DNA of 64,000 nucleotides from Eledone cirrhosa (GCA_964016885.1 OZ024743.1:82646001-82710000); one strand, 5' to 3'. Shown: positions 1 through 16,708, counted from the stretch's first letter. Made by a program: numbers and translations. Notes: generated by a model not told the origin, from the sequence alone.

Positions 1-572
1 ACCGTACACACACACACAGCCTGACAGACACATACAACCAACCGTACACACACACACAGCCTGACAGCCACATACAGCCAACCGTACACACACACACAGC
101 CTGACAGACACATACAACCAACCGTACACACACACACAGCCTGACAGCCACATACAGCCAACCGTACACACACACACACAGCCTGACAGACACATACAGC
201 CAACCGTATACACACACACACAGCCTGACAGCCACATACAGCCAATCGTACACACACACACACAGCCTGACAGACACATACAGCCAACCGTACACACACA
301 CAGCCTGACAGACACATACAACCAACCGTACACACACACACAGCCTGACAGCCACATACAGCCAACCGTACACACACACACACAGCCTGACAGACACATA
401 CAGCCAACCGTACACACACACACACAGCCTGACAGACACATACAGCCAACCGTACACACACACACACAGCCAACCGTACACACACACACACAGCCTGACA
501 GCCACATACAACCAACCGTACACACACACACACAGCCTGACAGACACATACAGCCAACCGTACACACACACA
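1..572. repeat. About 40-bp minisatellite (ACCGTA(CA)nGCCTGACAGACACATACAGCCA), about 14 copies, cut by the window start
   Basis: Unit visibly repeated with a variable internal CA tract. Confidence 0.95.
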
Positions 573-822
573 CATATATCGAGTGCTCCTATGACAAGGC
601 AGTTCACAAAAGCAACTCAGTTCTCAATCGATACGACACAGTCTCGATCGCAATATCGAGCTACGACCGCGTAAAACACATTTCTATTAATGTTATAATA
701 GTAAATATAGTTATAATAATTAGTATTACTATATTAATACATTTCATATTTCCACGGATACCAGTTATGGAGGAACAGCAAGAAGTTTAATATGGAATTA
801 TTATTGATAATATCAGTTTAAT

Positions 823-868
<46 letters not shown>

Positions 869-899
869 CACATACACATACGCGCATACACAAACACAC

Positions 900-974
<75 letters not shown>

Positions 975-1036
975 GATATATATATATATATATATAAATG
1001 AGAGGTATAAAGATTGTTTTAGCAAGAAGCTAACGG

Positions 1037-1159
<123 letters not shown>

Positions 1160-1596
1160 CACACACACAAACGGAGAAAATACAAGCCAAAACAACCGCA
1201 GCCCTATAAAAGGGTTCGCAGGAAAAAAAGTTTATCCCTGGCCACACCTTGCCGTTTTGTAGTCCCCTACATTTCATACATACCTTCATATATATATATA
1301 TATATATACAACGTACAATGGTAGGTTGTATAGATATATGTATGTATGTATCTTTATTAGTAACACCCCCCTTATACAATTATAACAAAGTTTATATGTG
1401 AAATTTGGTCCCTGATTTATTAACCAAAATGTGGACGTAAAACGTAGGAATCGTGTTTACTCTAAGTTATGTTAAAAAGAGGATCAACTCCCGAATGACT
1501 ATGTGTAGTCACTGGTATTGGGTCCCACCCGAAGAAAAGGAAAATATATATATTGGTACGTATTTAAAATTCATTTATCCAATCTGTATACATATT

Positions 1597-1635
<39 letters not shown>

Positions 1636-1752
1636 TGTGTATTTATATACATACATACATATGCTTAATATGTAGATTTAATTATTTACAAAATATTCAT
1701 ATATTTATATTTATGTGTGTATAGTATATATAGTATGTATGTATATATAGTA

Positions 1753-1794
<42 letters not shown>

Positions 1795-1795
<1 letters not shown>

Positions 1796-1971
1796 CAAAA
1801 AGTATGACCCCGACGGCAGAGCTCAAGCCGCTTCGACGGCTATTTCTGGACGAAACGGCTTGAGCTCTGCCGTCGGGGTCATACTTTTTCCTATTACCCA
1901 CTCTACTACCCTAAGTATTGAGTACTCCGGTGCGTTATGGTCCATCTGGTACCTTACCACACATCCTTCGT

Positions 1972-1973
<2 letters not shown>
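1795..1973 (+). mobile_element. Family A (TA)n-inserted mini-element with 5' inverted arm
   Basis: Inverted arm AGTATGACCCCGACGGCAGAGCTCAAGCCG, then HHR 3' half GAAACGGC-ttgagctct-GCCGTC-GGGGTC, hairpin ACTC-TACT-acccta-AGTA-TT-GAGTAC and a tail ending in (TA)n; homologous to 10 other copies in the window. Confidence 0.85.
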
Positions 1974-2949
<976 letters not shown>

Positions 2950-3025
2950 CCTTATGTGGTTGACGACTTAGAGAAAGGAGGACTCAATACCGAAGTAGAG
3001 TTTTACATTTTATTTTATTCATCAG
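2950..3025 (-). mobile_element. Family C-related 3' end with the conserved hairpin capped by a C(UUCG)G tetraloop
   Basis: Minus strand 3001-2982 reads ACTC-TAC-TTCG-GTA-TT-GAGT; tail homologous to 11213-11270 and 53862-53927; abuts (TA)n. Confidence 0.7.
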
Positions 3026-3329
3026 ATGTAACCAGATACACGCCAGAGACACCGCCTTAGTAGTCCGCCAAGAACTCAATATTTATGATAGAGTAAATAA
3101 ATATTGAAATTGATTTATTCATTTTCTTCGCAAAGGTGACTTGGTGAACAGTCGCTTTGCTGAAACACATTGCAGTTATGTTGTGATAAAATGAACACAC
3201 ACACATTGTGATATATATATATAAATATTTATGTTTATTCGGGACAAATCATATATATGTGTATATGTATGTGTGTATATATATGTGTGTGTGTGTATAT
3301 ATGTGTGTGTGTGTGTGTATATATATGTA

Positions 3330-3386
<57 letters not shown>

Positions 3387-3498
3387 CTACACATCTCTTT
3401 ACAACATCCCTATTTTACTTCTCAAGTTCCAGCCCCATTTTTATCTATTTTTCATACGAATGAAAGTTTTAGTCTTGTAGAAGTAATTTCTATATTAA

Positions 3499-3554
<56 letters not shown>

Positions 3555-4900
3555 TTTTTCATTACACCCGTCTTAGAGATGGGTTTAATAGCTATTTTTA
3601 GATTAAATTTAGGTTATGTTAGAAATTTAAGGCTTGTTTTTCCCATTATTTTCAATATTTTCAACTTTTCCGAAAAAAAAACAACCTGTTAATTATTAAA
3701 TAATAATAATAACGGTTTGTGAGAAGCTAGAGTCGTTTAAAACTACCCCAGTAGTAGTAGTAAATAAACCTGTGGTCGTTGTACAGTGCCTAAATTGTGG
3801 TGTTTGGCCACAGGTCAATCTTTATTGAACAGATAACCAAACACATTCCTGCCAAGGCCATCTGGCCTTTTAAGAAATACCTATCATTGTATCCACCTAT
3901 TTCAGCGAGTATTTGTAATGTTGTCTAACTAGAAGGTCAACCTTGATCAGACAAATGACCTATGTAGGTATCTTCAATTGCATTCCAGCCGTAGCCATCA
4001 CCTTTCAAGACGGCTGGCTGTTATTTTTAGCAAATCGAGCAAGCACAGATTTAATGAAATATATTCCTATGATTTTGAAATATTTTTTACAATAATCCAG
4101 ATTTTGGAGGGATTTAGTAATATAACTAACTTTCTCGTTATTAAGCTGATATTTGGAACATAACTTAACAGAGGAGGAGTTTTAGTGAGATATAAACACT
4201 TTAAACTTCTTTGTTCCTATATTTCTAATGAAAGGCATTGCCAATAATTTTGAATATAAAGAATTGAATGAGATTTAGTAATATAACTATCTTTCTTACT
4301 AAATTGGTGTTTGGAACATAACTTAACCAAGGTATTTACATAAAATTATGATGGAAGGTTTCAAGATAAATATAAACAGTTTAATGTAGGCTGTATCACA
4401 GAACCAGCGGTAGTTTCAGGCAATTCGCTATCAAATGTGTCTTTCAGTTTTTCAAGAGTGTGATTAGGAGAATTTAGCTGCTGTTTTTAGCAAATCTAAC
4501 AACCATATAGAAGCATAATCGTTCGTGATATTTCATAATTGATCGATATCGATACTTTATTATATCATAGTATTGATTCCTTTAACTGACACCAGAAGGA
4601 TGGCATTGGCAAACAAACACACACACACACACATTAAAATATACAATATATATATATAATATATATATATAATATATATATATATATTTCATATATAATA
4701 TATATATATATATATATATAATAAATACAATATCGGAGAAAGCTTTTTAGCGATACTCCGACCAAATTCCAACTCACTCAACAAACATTAGGAAATAAGT
4801 GATTATATTCCCAATTATGTGTTCGGGGTGGTAACTAAAAGTATTGCATGGAAAATTGGGTGTATTATTTCAAATGAGACATATCTAATATATATGTATA

Positions 4901-5082
4901 AAGAAGTTGACGTGACTAGCATAAGTTTCTTCACTGCTAACACCGCATCTCAGCGTACTCAATAGCTAAGGTTATGTATAAATCCCAGAGTAGACACAAA
5001 AGTTATTTGCCCCAATACAACACACGTAAATGGCTACCTTATCCCTATACCCGTACTCGACGTTTCCGCTACACGTAATGCA
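4901..5082 (-). mobile_element. Family J mini-element (minimal HHR 3' half GAAACGUC plus extended hairpin)
   Basis: Homologous to 62967-63105; minus strand has GAAAC-GTC at 5066-5059 and ACTC-TGG...CTA-TT-GAGTAC at 4991-4955. Confidence 0.6.
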
Positions 5083-5310
5083 TATAGAGAGCGTATATAT
5101 ATATATATATATATATATACTCTTTTACCTCTTCCAGCCACCCGGCTATATAGTATATATATATATATATATATATATCATCATCATCATATATATATAT
5201 ATATATATATATATCATCATCATCATATATATATATATGATGATATATATATATATATATATAAATATATATAGATATATAGATATATATATAGATATAT
5301 ATCATCATGA

Positions 5311-5347
<37 letters not shown>

Positions 5348-5512
5348 CATATTTTATATTTATATATGTATATATATACTATATAGCCGGGTGGCTGAAC
5401 AAGTAAAAGAGTATATGTGGTAGAAAAACCCTAGGTAATTACTGGTACTGGCTTTTTCGATTCTGGAAGACATTGCAAGGATTAATAATTTATTGCGTAG
5501 ATGTGAAACTTT

Positions 5513-5710
5513 TAGTCCGGCTATCTACATTTTCTATCTCTGCGCGTTAGTCCGGCAATGTACCATTTCTATCTGTAAATGTCAGTCCGGCAATGTACCA
5601 TTTCTACCTCTGAGTGTTAGTCCGGCAATGTACCATTTCTATCTGTGAATGTTAGTCCGGCAATGTTCCATTTCTACCTCTGAGTGTTAGTCCGGCAATG
5701 TACCATTTCT
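5513..5710. repeat. 35-bp tandem repeat (TAGTCCGGCAATGTACCATTTCTATCTGTGAATGT), about 6 copies
   Basis: Unit starts at 5513, 5548, 5583, 5618, 5653 and 5688. Confidence 0.9.
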
Positions 5711-6065
5711 TTATAATTATATGATTAAACATAGTGCAGACTGTCGGATTAAACGTAGTGCTAAGCCGGCAGTTTATAATTTCTGTCAATTATTTTTATT
5801 ATTAAATGGTAATATAGTGGATTTAGTCCGGCAATGAAATTATTGTTAGTCCGGCAACATTCCTGTTATTATAAATATTTGGATACATTATAGTGTCTAT
5901 TGCTGGATTGATATCACAGATCACTAGTCCGGCATATTTTCACTGTTTACCATAATAATTGAAGTAATAGAATGCCGGATTAAAGCCCTTCATAGAGTGT
6001 TAGTCCGGCAACTATTTACCTTTATTGTTGGCCTTGTGTCTAAATCTGAAACCAGTTCTTACAAT

Positions 6066-6280
6066 GGCGGTGGATTGACAAAAAAATGTTTTGTGACATC
6101 TAGTTACGACCCTTTAATATTTCTGAGTTCAAATCCCGCCGAGATCAACTTACGCCTTTCATCCTTCGGAGGTCGATAAAATACATTACCAATCAAATAC
6201 TCGGTTCGATATAATCGACCCCTCTCCCTCACATCTCCCTCTCTCAAATTGCTGACCTTGTGCCTAAATCAGAAACAATT
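6066..6280 (+). mobile_element. tRNA-derived SINE, type 2 (Nin/Deu-like central domain), diverged
   Basis: GAGTTCAAATCCCGCC B-box-like motif followed by GCCTTTCATCCTTCGGAGGTCGATAAAAT; many homologues in the window. Confidence 0.7.
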
Positions 6281-7260
6281 ATTCGATTCGTTCGTCTCGT
6301 CTTCCCTGTTTCCAGTTCATTCTAGCTATGGCATTGATAAGTATAAAGCTAGCCACACTACACCACACCGCCTATACACTACACCACCTATACACTACAC
6401 CACACCATACATCACCTATAAACTAATTATATATTACACTACACATTTCCGGCCACCAAACACTACTACTACTACATCTACTAAAAATATTGGTTTTTGT
6501 TTGTTAAAGTACACCAACGACGGAGTGGGACCTTGTGTTTCACCTTCATAAAACTGGGATATCATTAAAAGACACCAACGACATCACATATATAATACTA
6601 ATATTGGTATCTAAATTTAGGCACAATTCCAGCAAGACTCGATTAAACCAACCCAGTATTTCACTAGTAATATCTTGTAAATTTTTGTAATAGTATTTTT
6701 ATTTTATTTTAATGGTAGTTAATAGATTAAGTTAGGATTTTGAAGTTGAAATTTAAGTTTTTCCTGTTTTTTTTTAATTTTATTATTTTCATCTGTTTTT
6801 AAAGAATTCGGCCCCCAAAAAACTGTGGTAAATGGATCGTTTACTGTCACCTATCCAACAACTACATAACAACCGAGACGGGTAGAGTAATAGCAATTTA
6901 GCCTATATTTCATCGACCCTGGAAGATGACTACTGTACGATTTGAACATAGTACTTAAAGAACTGTAGTTAAATGCCGTAACTAACAATTCTCACAATTC
7001 ACCCCGCTATCTCTTAATAATTGTTTCTACTTTAGGACCCATAGCTTGTAATTTGAAGGGGAGGGGAAAGTCGATTAAATCAACCCAAGTGCATTACTGG
7101 TACTTTATTTTATATTTTATCAACCACGTAAGGATGCAAGGCAAAGCTAACCTCGGCGGGATTTGAACTCTATTTCTATATTTTGGACACAGTACACATC
7201 ACTATAGGTTTAACAAGATATTAAGTAAAACAAAAATTATTTTACAGAGAGGCTATTCAA

Positions 7261-7323
<63 letters not shown>

Positions 7324-7456
7324 TATGTGTGTATATATATTTATTTTGTATATTATATTATATATATATATATATATATATCTATATATAATATATTTAT
7401 TTTATATATTATATTATATATATATATAAAATATATATATATAATATATATATAGA

Positions 7457-7519
<63 letters not shown>

Positions 7520-7636
7520 TATATATATATCATACATATATATTATATATATATATATATCATATCGTACATATATTATATATATCATATCATACATATA
7601 TATTATATATATTTTATCATATATATATATTATATC

Positions 7637-7672
<36 letters not shown>

Positions 7673-7675
<3 letters not shown>

Positions 7676-7851
7676 CGAAGGAATTGTGGTAAGGAACCAG
7701 ATGGACCATAACGCACCAAAGTACTCAATACTTAGGATAGTAGAGTGGGTAATAGGAACAAGTATGACCCCGACGGCAGAGCTCAAGCCGTTTCGAGTCC
7801 AGAAACAGCGGTCGAAACGGCTTGAGCTCTGCCGTCGGGGTCATACTTGTT

Positions 7852-7853
<2 letters not shown>
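7673..7853 (-). mobile_element. Family A mini-element with inverted arm
   Basis: Tail and hairpin, then palindrome GGAACAAGTATGACCCCGAC...GTCGGGGTCATACTTGTTCC; (TA)n on both sides. Confidence 0.9.
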
Positions 7854-7887
<34 letters not shown>

Positions 7888-7917
7888 CACACACATATAC
7901 AGTACAGCCTCTGTGAA

Positions 7918-8130
7918 GGCGCGTGCCTGAGTGGTTAGAGAATTGGATTCGCAATCGTGAGGTTGAGAGTTCGATTCTCGGACCAGGCGATGCGTTAAGT
8001 CCTTGAGCAAGACACTTTATTTCACGTTGATCCTTCTACCTGGAGTTGCGACCGATAGAGAGTATTAGCAATTGGAAAGACCAACGGAAACATTGTTTCC
8101 TCGGTCCGATTTGACGAAAGTCGATCGACT
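7918..8130 (+). mobile_element. tRNA-derived SINE, type 1
   Basis: A-box-like GTGCCTGAGTGG, B-box GTTCGATTC, body CCTTGAGCAAGACACTTTATTTCACGTTG; close homologue on the minus strand at 31551-31743. Confidence 0.8.
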
Positions 8131-8138
8131 TATATACA

Positions 8139-8180
<42 letters not shown>

Positions 8181-8459
8181 TGAAGTAGGTGTTGTAAATA
8201 CCAGTTGTTAAAGCAATTCCACATCAACTGAATTACTACTAAGTAGAATACAATATTTATTGAAAAAATGGCAGTGGCTTTAAAGTTAATAATATTTTTA
8301 ATATTATTAACACAGATTAAAAGTTTAAACATACAACTTCTATTCTCATCCTTTTAAGGGATCTTCAAAAAAACCCGTAAGAGCATGACGGCAAAAATTG
8401 CTTAAAACCTTGTGCTAATAATATTTGCTCTTATACATATTGCTGCGTATGCGTATATA

Positions 8460-8860
8460 TATATATACTGTTAATATATAAATATATATATATATATATA
8501 CTGTTAATATATAAATATATATATATACTGTTAATATATAAATATATATATATATATATATACTGTTAATTATATAAATATATATATATACTGTTAATAT
8601 ATAAATATATATATATATATACTGTTAATATATAAATATATATAAATATATGTATATATACTGTTAATATATAAATATATATATATACTGTTAATATATA
8701 AATATATATATATATACTGTTAATATATAAAATATATATATATATACTGTTAATATATAAATATATATATATACTGTTAATATATAAATATATATATATA
8801 CATACTGTTAATATATGAATATATATATATATATATATATATACTGTTAATATATAAATA
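8460..8860. repeat. Degenerate minisatellite ATACTGTTAATATATAA(AT)n
   Basis: CTGTTAA recurs about 13 times between TA tracts. Confidence 0.9.
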
Positions 8861-8903
8861 TATGTATATACACTTATATGTATATATATATATATATATT
8901 TAA

Positions 8904-8938
<35 letters not shown>

Positions 8939-8947
8939 TATATTTAA

Positions 8948-8988
<41 letters not shown>

Positions 8989-8993
8989 TTTAA

Positions 8994-9026
<33 letters not shown>

Positions 9027-9029
9027 TAA

Positions 9030-9060
<31 letters not shown>

Positions 9061-9063
9061 TAA

Positions 9064-9246
<183 letters not shown>

Positions 9247-9687
9247 ATACCTTCAGATGTTAGGCAAAGAAAAAAGTGCTGAGTCTCGTACAATAGATTT
9301 TAGGATCCAGTTATGGCTACCTCAGTATAGTGGATTAGCGGTTCTCTATTATCAGGCGTTAGGGCGGAATTGTTGTGTTGGTTTGAACCCGTATGTCCAA
9401 ACAGGGCCCAACTATACCACATAATTTATGTTAGTCTTAACGTTAGAAAGATGTTGTTATAAATATGTGTATGTCAGATATCCATAGATGTACGGTAAAG
9501 GAAAACAGGGCTCAATATACTACAAGAGACCTTATCCTTATTTAGTTTTATTAATATTTATATTAGATAAAATAAAGTACCAGTAATATCCTGGGATAAT
9601 TGCTGGCCTTGTGCCAAAAAGTAGAAACAATATTTAGATAGTTAGCTCGTTAGGTTGGCCTCAAGCGCCATACATCGAACATACACA

Positions 9688-9990
<303 letters not shown>

Positions 9991-10081
9991 ATATATATAT
10001 ATATATACATACATATATATATATATATATACATACACATATTTATATATATTAATAAGTAGTATCATCATTAAGTTTATT

Positions 10082-10174
10082 TAGGTGTGACTCGCGTTTC
10101 GCGAGTGATCAGCTCAAGGTTCATTCTGTATCGATTAGGCCCGACTCTGGAATCAATATCTCATCAGACTCTTA
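10082..10174 (-). ncRNA. Degenerate type I hammerhead ribozyme (PLE-type GAAAC-GCGA-GUC)
   Basis: Minus strand: TAAGAGT-CTGATGA-(about 60 nt)-GAAAC-GCGA-GTC-ACACCTA; stem I has two mismatches. Confidence 0.5.
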
Positions 10175-10408
10175 GTTCGTTAATGATGGGAGATATCCGT
10201 GTACAGCTTTAAAAATTCATGGGGTTTTTTTTTTTGTGAGGTTGTTTTAGAACTCACATAATGGTTTACGATTTAGGTGAGGTTGGGCAAAGTTGTAAAA
10301 ACGGTGGGAAATAACAATGGAGACGCTAAAGTGTTTTAAACATGAAATATATATAAAATCATTATTAAAAACAATAATTCAAACGAGAAGAAATATTTAT
10401 ATAAACTT

Positions 10409-10896
10409 TTTAAATTCTTTCAACCAAACCGGCTGAAACTACGTCTAGTTCAATGATACAAAGTTGTTTATTTCAGGGTCCATGTAAAAACCTAAGTTAT
10501 ATTTTAAACACCATCATATTAATTTTGAGTTATTTTTAAAATTTTCAAAATGATAGGCAGTGTATTTCATTAGAAATATGGTATTCCATCATCATTTTCT
10601 GTAAGACTATTTATGTTCCAAACACCACCTTCATAATTAATTAGTTTTATTACAACATTCCCTGAAATTCTTGATTACTTTCAAAATTATTTGCAAATCC
10701 TTGGCATTGTCCTTTCATTAGAAATATGGTAACGAAAGGGTTAAAATGTTTATATCTAAAAACCTTGCATTATAAACTTAGAAAGTACTAGCTTTATAAT
10801 TATTAAATACCTCCAGATTCGATATTATTTTCAAAGGTATTATTTAACTACCATAGGCAATATTTTTCATTAGAAATATGGCAACAAAAGGGTTAA
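10409..10896. mobile_element. Degenerate piggyBac-like MITE family member(s)
   Basis: Termini TAGAAATATGG(T/C)AAC(G/A)AAAGGG-TTAA at 10720-10744 and 10871-10896; body homologous to segments near 4050-4440, 26000-26230, 34000-34290, 49315-49553, 52170-52740 and 53590-53775. Assignment rests only on the CCC end and TTAA. Confidence 0.5.
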
Positions 10897-10960
10897 AGTT
10901 ACCTAACAACGTATGGATAGGAGCACCCTACATCTTATGTAAACACTTCCAATTATGTTG

Positions 10961-11003
<43 letters not shown>

Positions 11004-11212
11004 ATAATACATGTGATATAAAAGATGTGTTAAATCGCTAGTGATTTTTCCTTTCATCGTTCAGGGATCGATGAAATATATATGCCAGTACTATGTTCGA
11101 TTCTATAGCCTATATCGATCTCTCAAAATGTGTTGCGTATGACTGTATAGCAGAGATTTTTATTATAAATATGACAACCATGTATATATATATATATACC
11201 AACATATATCCG

Positions 11213-11380
11213 TATGTGGTTGGTAGCTGAGAGAAAAGAGTATTCAATACCGATGTAGAGTTTTAATATTTATTTTATTAAGGCTGAATTATGAGTTTTT
11301 TTACTCTGGAGTTTCTCCAGTTTATAACAGGCGAAACTCCAGAGTAACAAGACTCATATTTAGTATTAACAATATTGAAC
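11213..11380 (-). mobile_element. Family C mini-element with fold-back centred on the HHR stem II loop
   Basis: Hairpin at 11242-11261, then palindrome TTACTCTGGAGTTTC..CCAG-tttataa-CAGG-CGAAACTCCAGAGTAA. Confidence 0.75.
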
Positions 11381-11494
11381 ATGTATATAAGTGTGTGTAT
11401 GTGGTGGGGGAGATCTACTTTTGCGAGCCGTTTAAAGAATGTTACACTAACTTCAATTGTTAATTCTACATAAATACAAATGGTTTTTTAAATC

Positions 11495-11630
11495 TAAGTT
11501 GGACATAGAAAACACTGGACAGCGTCTAGGACCGCAGTGTGTTGTACACAGATAAAACTAACCGGCCATAACAGATAATAGAAACTCTCTAGTTAGGTAT
11601 TGAGTACTCATTCTTGCATCCGCACAAATA
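11495..11630 (+). mobile_element. Additional mini-element 3' end (degenerate HHR 3' half plus hairpin)
   Basis: GAAA-ACACTG-ga-CAGCGTC near 11508-11526; ACTC-TCTAGTTAGGTA-TT-GAGTAC at 11584-11607; ends at TATATA. Confidence 0.45.
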
Positions 11631-12252
11631 TATATAGAAGCACAAATATCATACATAATTGATGTTTTGATACTTTACATGTGTACATAAAATGTGTACA
11701 AATACACACATTCAGTTTTATATTTAACTGTGGTAGTGTGTGTGTTTCTTAGCGTTCATCTTTAAATAATATATTAAAAAATAACTTTTCTGTATTTATT
11801 TATATATATATATGTATATATATATATTGCACACACATCTATCTATCTATCTATATAAATATAAATACACACGCACATTTATATCTATATATTATATATA
11901 CATACATACATACATATATACATATATTATATATATATATAAAACCTTATGAACCATGTAAAAGTCCGAGAACCCTTCCACCACGATAGACACAACACAC
12001 AAGTACGCAGTTAAAAAACTAAGCTACATATAAAACAACATAAATCGAAACGCCATATAATGCAATAAGGACAAACACACACACAGACACTATATATATA
12101 TATATATGGGGGAGGGGGCGGGGGTCATTTGTCAAAGTTGGTAGCTATGAAAGATCCTCATAAAACTAATATTTTAACCAGTTAGACACACACAGATCTA
12201 TGCTGAACACACACACGCGCTCATATATATATATATAGTATGTGTGTATGTG

Positions 12253-12321
<69 letters not shown>

Positions 12322-12514
12322 TTATATATATATATATATCACCTCTCTTGAGGTCTAACAAATATTCTCAATTTCTGTTAAATTCCATTTTCGAGGTTTT
12401 ATATTTTCCCTTTATTTGCTTGCTATATATCAATGTGTGTGTATGTGCGTATATATATATATGTACGCACGCAATGATACTGGCATATATATATGTGTGT
12501 TTGTCTTTATATAT

Positions 12515-12547
<33 letters not shown>

Positions 12548-12790
12548 CAGACACACACATATATATATATATGCCAGTATCAATGTGTGTGTATATGCGT
12601 ATATATATATATATATATATATAGATAGATACATACATATATATATATATATAACCGATTGTATTGTTATTTCTGTTTACCTTTAACATACACATATATA
12701 TATATATACAAACATATATTTTTTTGTCACATCACCAGTCTCACGTGCAGGTCGATATTGGAGTGGGGTCCGTAGTTCCTATGTATTACC

Positions 12791-12850
12791 CTGAGCCAAT
12801 CCTCTGCGAAACGCGCGTAACAGGTCGATACACAATAAATATTTTTTATA
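12791..12850 (+). ncRNA. Decayed minimal PLE-type hammerhead (GAAAC-GCGC-GUA)
   Basis: GAAACGCGCGTA with palindromic stem III loop at 12808-12819; upstream core reduced to CTGAG. Confidence 0.4.
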
Positions 12851-12876
12851 TGTAAACGAAATTTCCTCGTTTTTTC

Positions 12877-13208
<332 letters not shown>

Positions 13209-13704
13209 GAACAAGTACGATGTTTAAGTCAAAATACTGCATAAGAACGAATTTGAAGAATTGTAGATTTATTGCGCATTTAGAAGGTAGAACTGGTTTT
13301 GGAGATCGATAAATATACACACACAGATGAGAGTAGAGATATTTCATATACCTGTATATGTGTGTCTCTATACACATATATAAACACACACACACATGTA
13401 TATATATATATATATATATACATATATATCCATACATACATATATATATATTGCATCATGGTTAACTATATGGAATGAACAGTTCTATATATATATATAT
13501 ATATATATACACGTATATGTGTATGTTCTGTGCGTGTTTATAGCATATATATATATATATATACATATAATATATATATTTATGCGTGTCAGGAAATGTA
13601 AAACCATATATGCATGTCAGAATATTTCTCAGAACCTATGTTGAAAATATTTGTATTTAGATCACATTTACAAGACTATATACTATATATATATACTATA
13701 TATA

Positions 13705-13750
<46 letters not shown>

Positions 13751-14669
13751 CTATATTTGTGTCATCATCATGCAGTGGTGTTTAAAATGCCATAGTACTT
13801 AAAACCTTCTCACATTAATTTAAGTGAGTATTCAATACGTGTGGCAGTGATTCCATGATGTCAGCCATTGCTACACCCCCCCCCCCCCACATACATATGT
13901 ATGTGTGTGTTAGGTTGGCAGAAACTGCAAACCACCCCCACACACACATACATACATATGTGTGTGTGGGGGTGGGGGTGGTTTGCAGTTTCTGCCAACC
14001 TAATTCGAACTATTGGTCTAATCGAGGCCGAAAGTGCCGCTGTGCAGGATTGAACCTATAACCACGCGTAGTTATCAGGTGAACTCCTTAACCACACAAC
14101 CAAACCTAAACCTAAAATATGATATATACATTTATAGCACAGACCTGATAGGGTAGGTTTGAAATATATATGATAATGATAAATATATATGTGTGTATAT
14201 ATGTATATGTGTGTATTCGTATACATATATATGTGTATATATGTGTGTGTGTGTGTATGTATATATGTGTGTGTGCAAATATATACACATGTGTGTATAA
14301 TTGTACACATACACATATACTCATTTATACAATATAAACATATGTTACATTTTTCTGGGGTTTTTTCAGTCATTATTTAATTCCACTGTTGTCAACACAT
14401 ACACAAATATGTGTGTGTATATATATGTATATCCATGTATGTATGTGTATGTGTATGTGTATGTGTATGTGTGTGTGTGTATGTGTGTGTGTGTGTGTGT
14501 TTAATACATCAGTCGTACTGTCTTATTCTTTGAACTGATTCATTATATACACCCTAGTGGAATTCTATACATACACAGATACACATCTATACACATATAG
14601 ATATATATACACATGTCAGTGTGGATGTGTGTGTGTGTGTGTGTGAGAGAGAGTGAGTGAGTGTGTGTG

Positions 14670-14709
<40 letters not shown>

Positions 14710-14986
14710 CATAGTTTCCCATCCTTCTCGGTTCACATAAATTGCCAATCTTTCTGAATAAATCAACTTGACGCACCTGTCTCTCTCTCTTTCTTTTTTT
14801 TTCTCTTCTCCTCTTTGTCTCTTTCTGCTTCTCTCTATCTCCTTTATTCCTATATCTCTCTCTCTCCCCCTCTCACTCCCTCCCTCCCTCGCTCCCTCTC
14901 TCTCTCTCTCACTATTTCTCATCAATTTATCTTCCATCTATCTACCTATCTATCTATCTATCTATATATGTTTCTATGTATCTAGG

Positions 14987-15021
<35 letters not shown>

Positions 15022-15025
15022 ATAC

Positions 15026-15095
<70 letters not shown>

Positions 15096-15114
15096 ATATA
15101 TATATATATGTATA

Positions 15115-15207
<93 letters not shown>

Positions 15208-15222
15208 GTATGTATATATATG

Positions 15223-15255
<33 letters not shown>

Positions 15256-15346
15256 GTATATATATTATATATATGTAATTATATTATATATATGTAATTA
15301 TATTATATATATGTAATTATATTATATATATGTATGTATATATATG

Positions 15347-15377
<31 letters not shown>

Positions 15378-15401
15378 GTATATATATTATATATATGTAA
15401 T

Positions 15402-15443
<42 letters not shown>

Positions 15444-15457
15444 TATATATATGTAAT

Positions 15458-15521
<64 letters not shown>

Positions 15522-15693
15522 AGATGAATGTATGTATGTATGCTCTATATTCCAAATGTATATATACAATATATGAAATACGATATATATAATTTGCTTG
15601 ATAATATATACAGTAGATTGATATATAGTTGGACAGAAGCGTTGTCATTATATATATATATATATATAATATATAATATATATATATATTCAT

Positions 15694-15749
<56 letters not shown>

Positions 15750-16031
15750 TATTGATGATGATGATGATGATATGTATATATAGCTGTTTCTATAATATAT
15801 GTATGATCATGTAAAATAATATATACCTCTTATGAATATGCAAGTATGGATATATATGTTGTGTATACACACAACGTATATACACACATATATATATATA
15901 TATGTACATCCAGACACCCATATTTTGCAAATATATATGACGCTCTGTCATATGTGTGGCTAGGTCGATATATATATATATATATATATATCGAAATAAA
16001 TATATATATATATATATACATACATATATAC

Positions 16032-16072
<41 letters not shown>

Positions 16073-16141
16073 GTGTGTGTGTGTGTGTATGTATACATAA
16101 GTATATATGTATAGGTGTGTATATGTATGTATGTATGTATG

Positions 16142-16232
<91 letters not shown>

Positions 16233-16507
16233 TTATAGATATGCATATATTATACATATACAAACGTGCGCGTGTTGAAACAGGCGCAGGGAAATTTTTG
16301 TTTAGATAAATAAATACATACACAAACTATATCTATATATACACACACAAACAAATACATAATTACACATGTATATATACGTGTTTGTGAGTGTGTAGTT
16401 GTCTATATAATGTATATATAATGTGTGTGTGTGTTTGTGATTGTGTAGTTGTCTATATCATGTATATATATGTGTGTGTGTGTGTGTACGTGTACTTGTC
16501 TATATAA

Positions 16508-16582
<75 letters not shown>

Positions 16583-16708
16583 GTGTGTGTGTGTAGTTGT
16601 CTATATAATTGCGATAAATATATGTAAATTATACAACAAATATTATATTGTTGATTACCAACAAAATCATTAATTTTGACAGCAGTCTATAGACGATAGC
16701 GTGTATGT

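Noticed and set aside
1795-1890. Family A palindromes as MITE terminal inverted repeats
   Set aside because: The inversion covers only one end of the element, its centre and length vary per copy, and some copies lack it, unlike fixed TIRs.
1903-1925. Conserved hairpin as a SECIS element (some PLE clades encode selenoproteins)
   Set aside because: There is no UGA/GA quartet or apical AA on the inferred RNA strand, and the hairpin is too short.
5513-6010. CRISPR-like repeat-spacer appearance of the TAGTCCGGCA units (also considered for the 28-bp array)
   Set aside because: Spacers are near-identical or irregular in length, there are no cas genes, and the context is eukaryotic.
7686-7916. Recurring peptide [31 protein letters not shown] in several ORFs
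   Set aside because: It reflects copies of family A read antisense to the inferred RNA strand; copies carry indels and frameshifts, and I recognise no protein family.
7918-7990. tRNA gene
   Set aside because: A and B boxes are present but the acceptor stem is not convincing, and it continues into a repeated SINE body found several times in the window.
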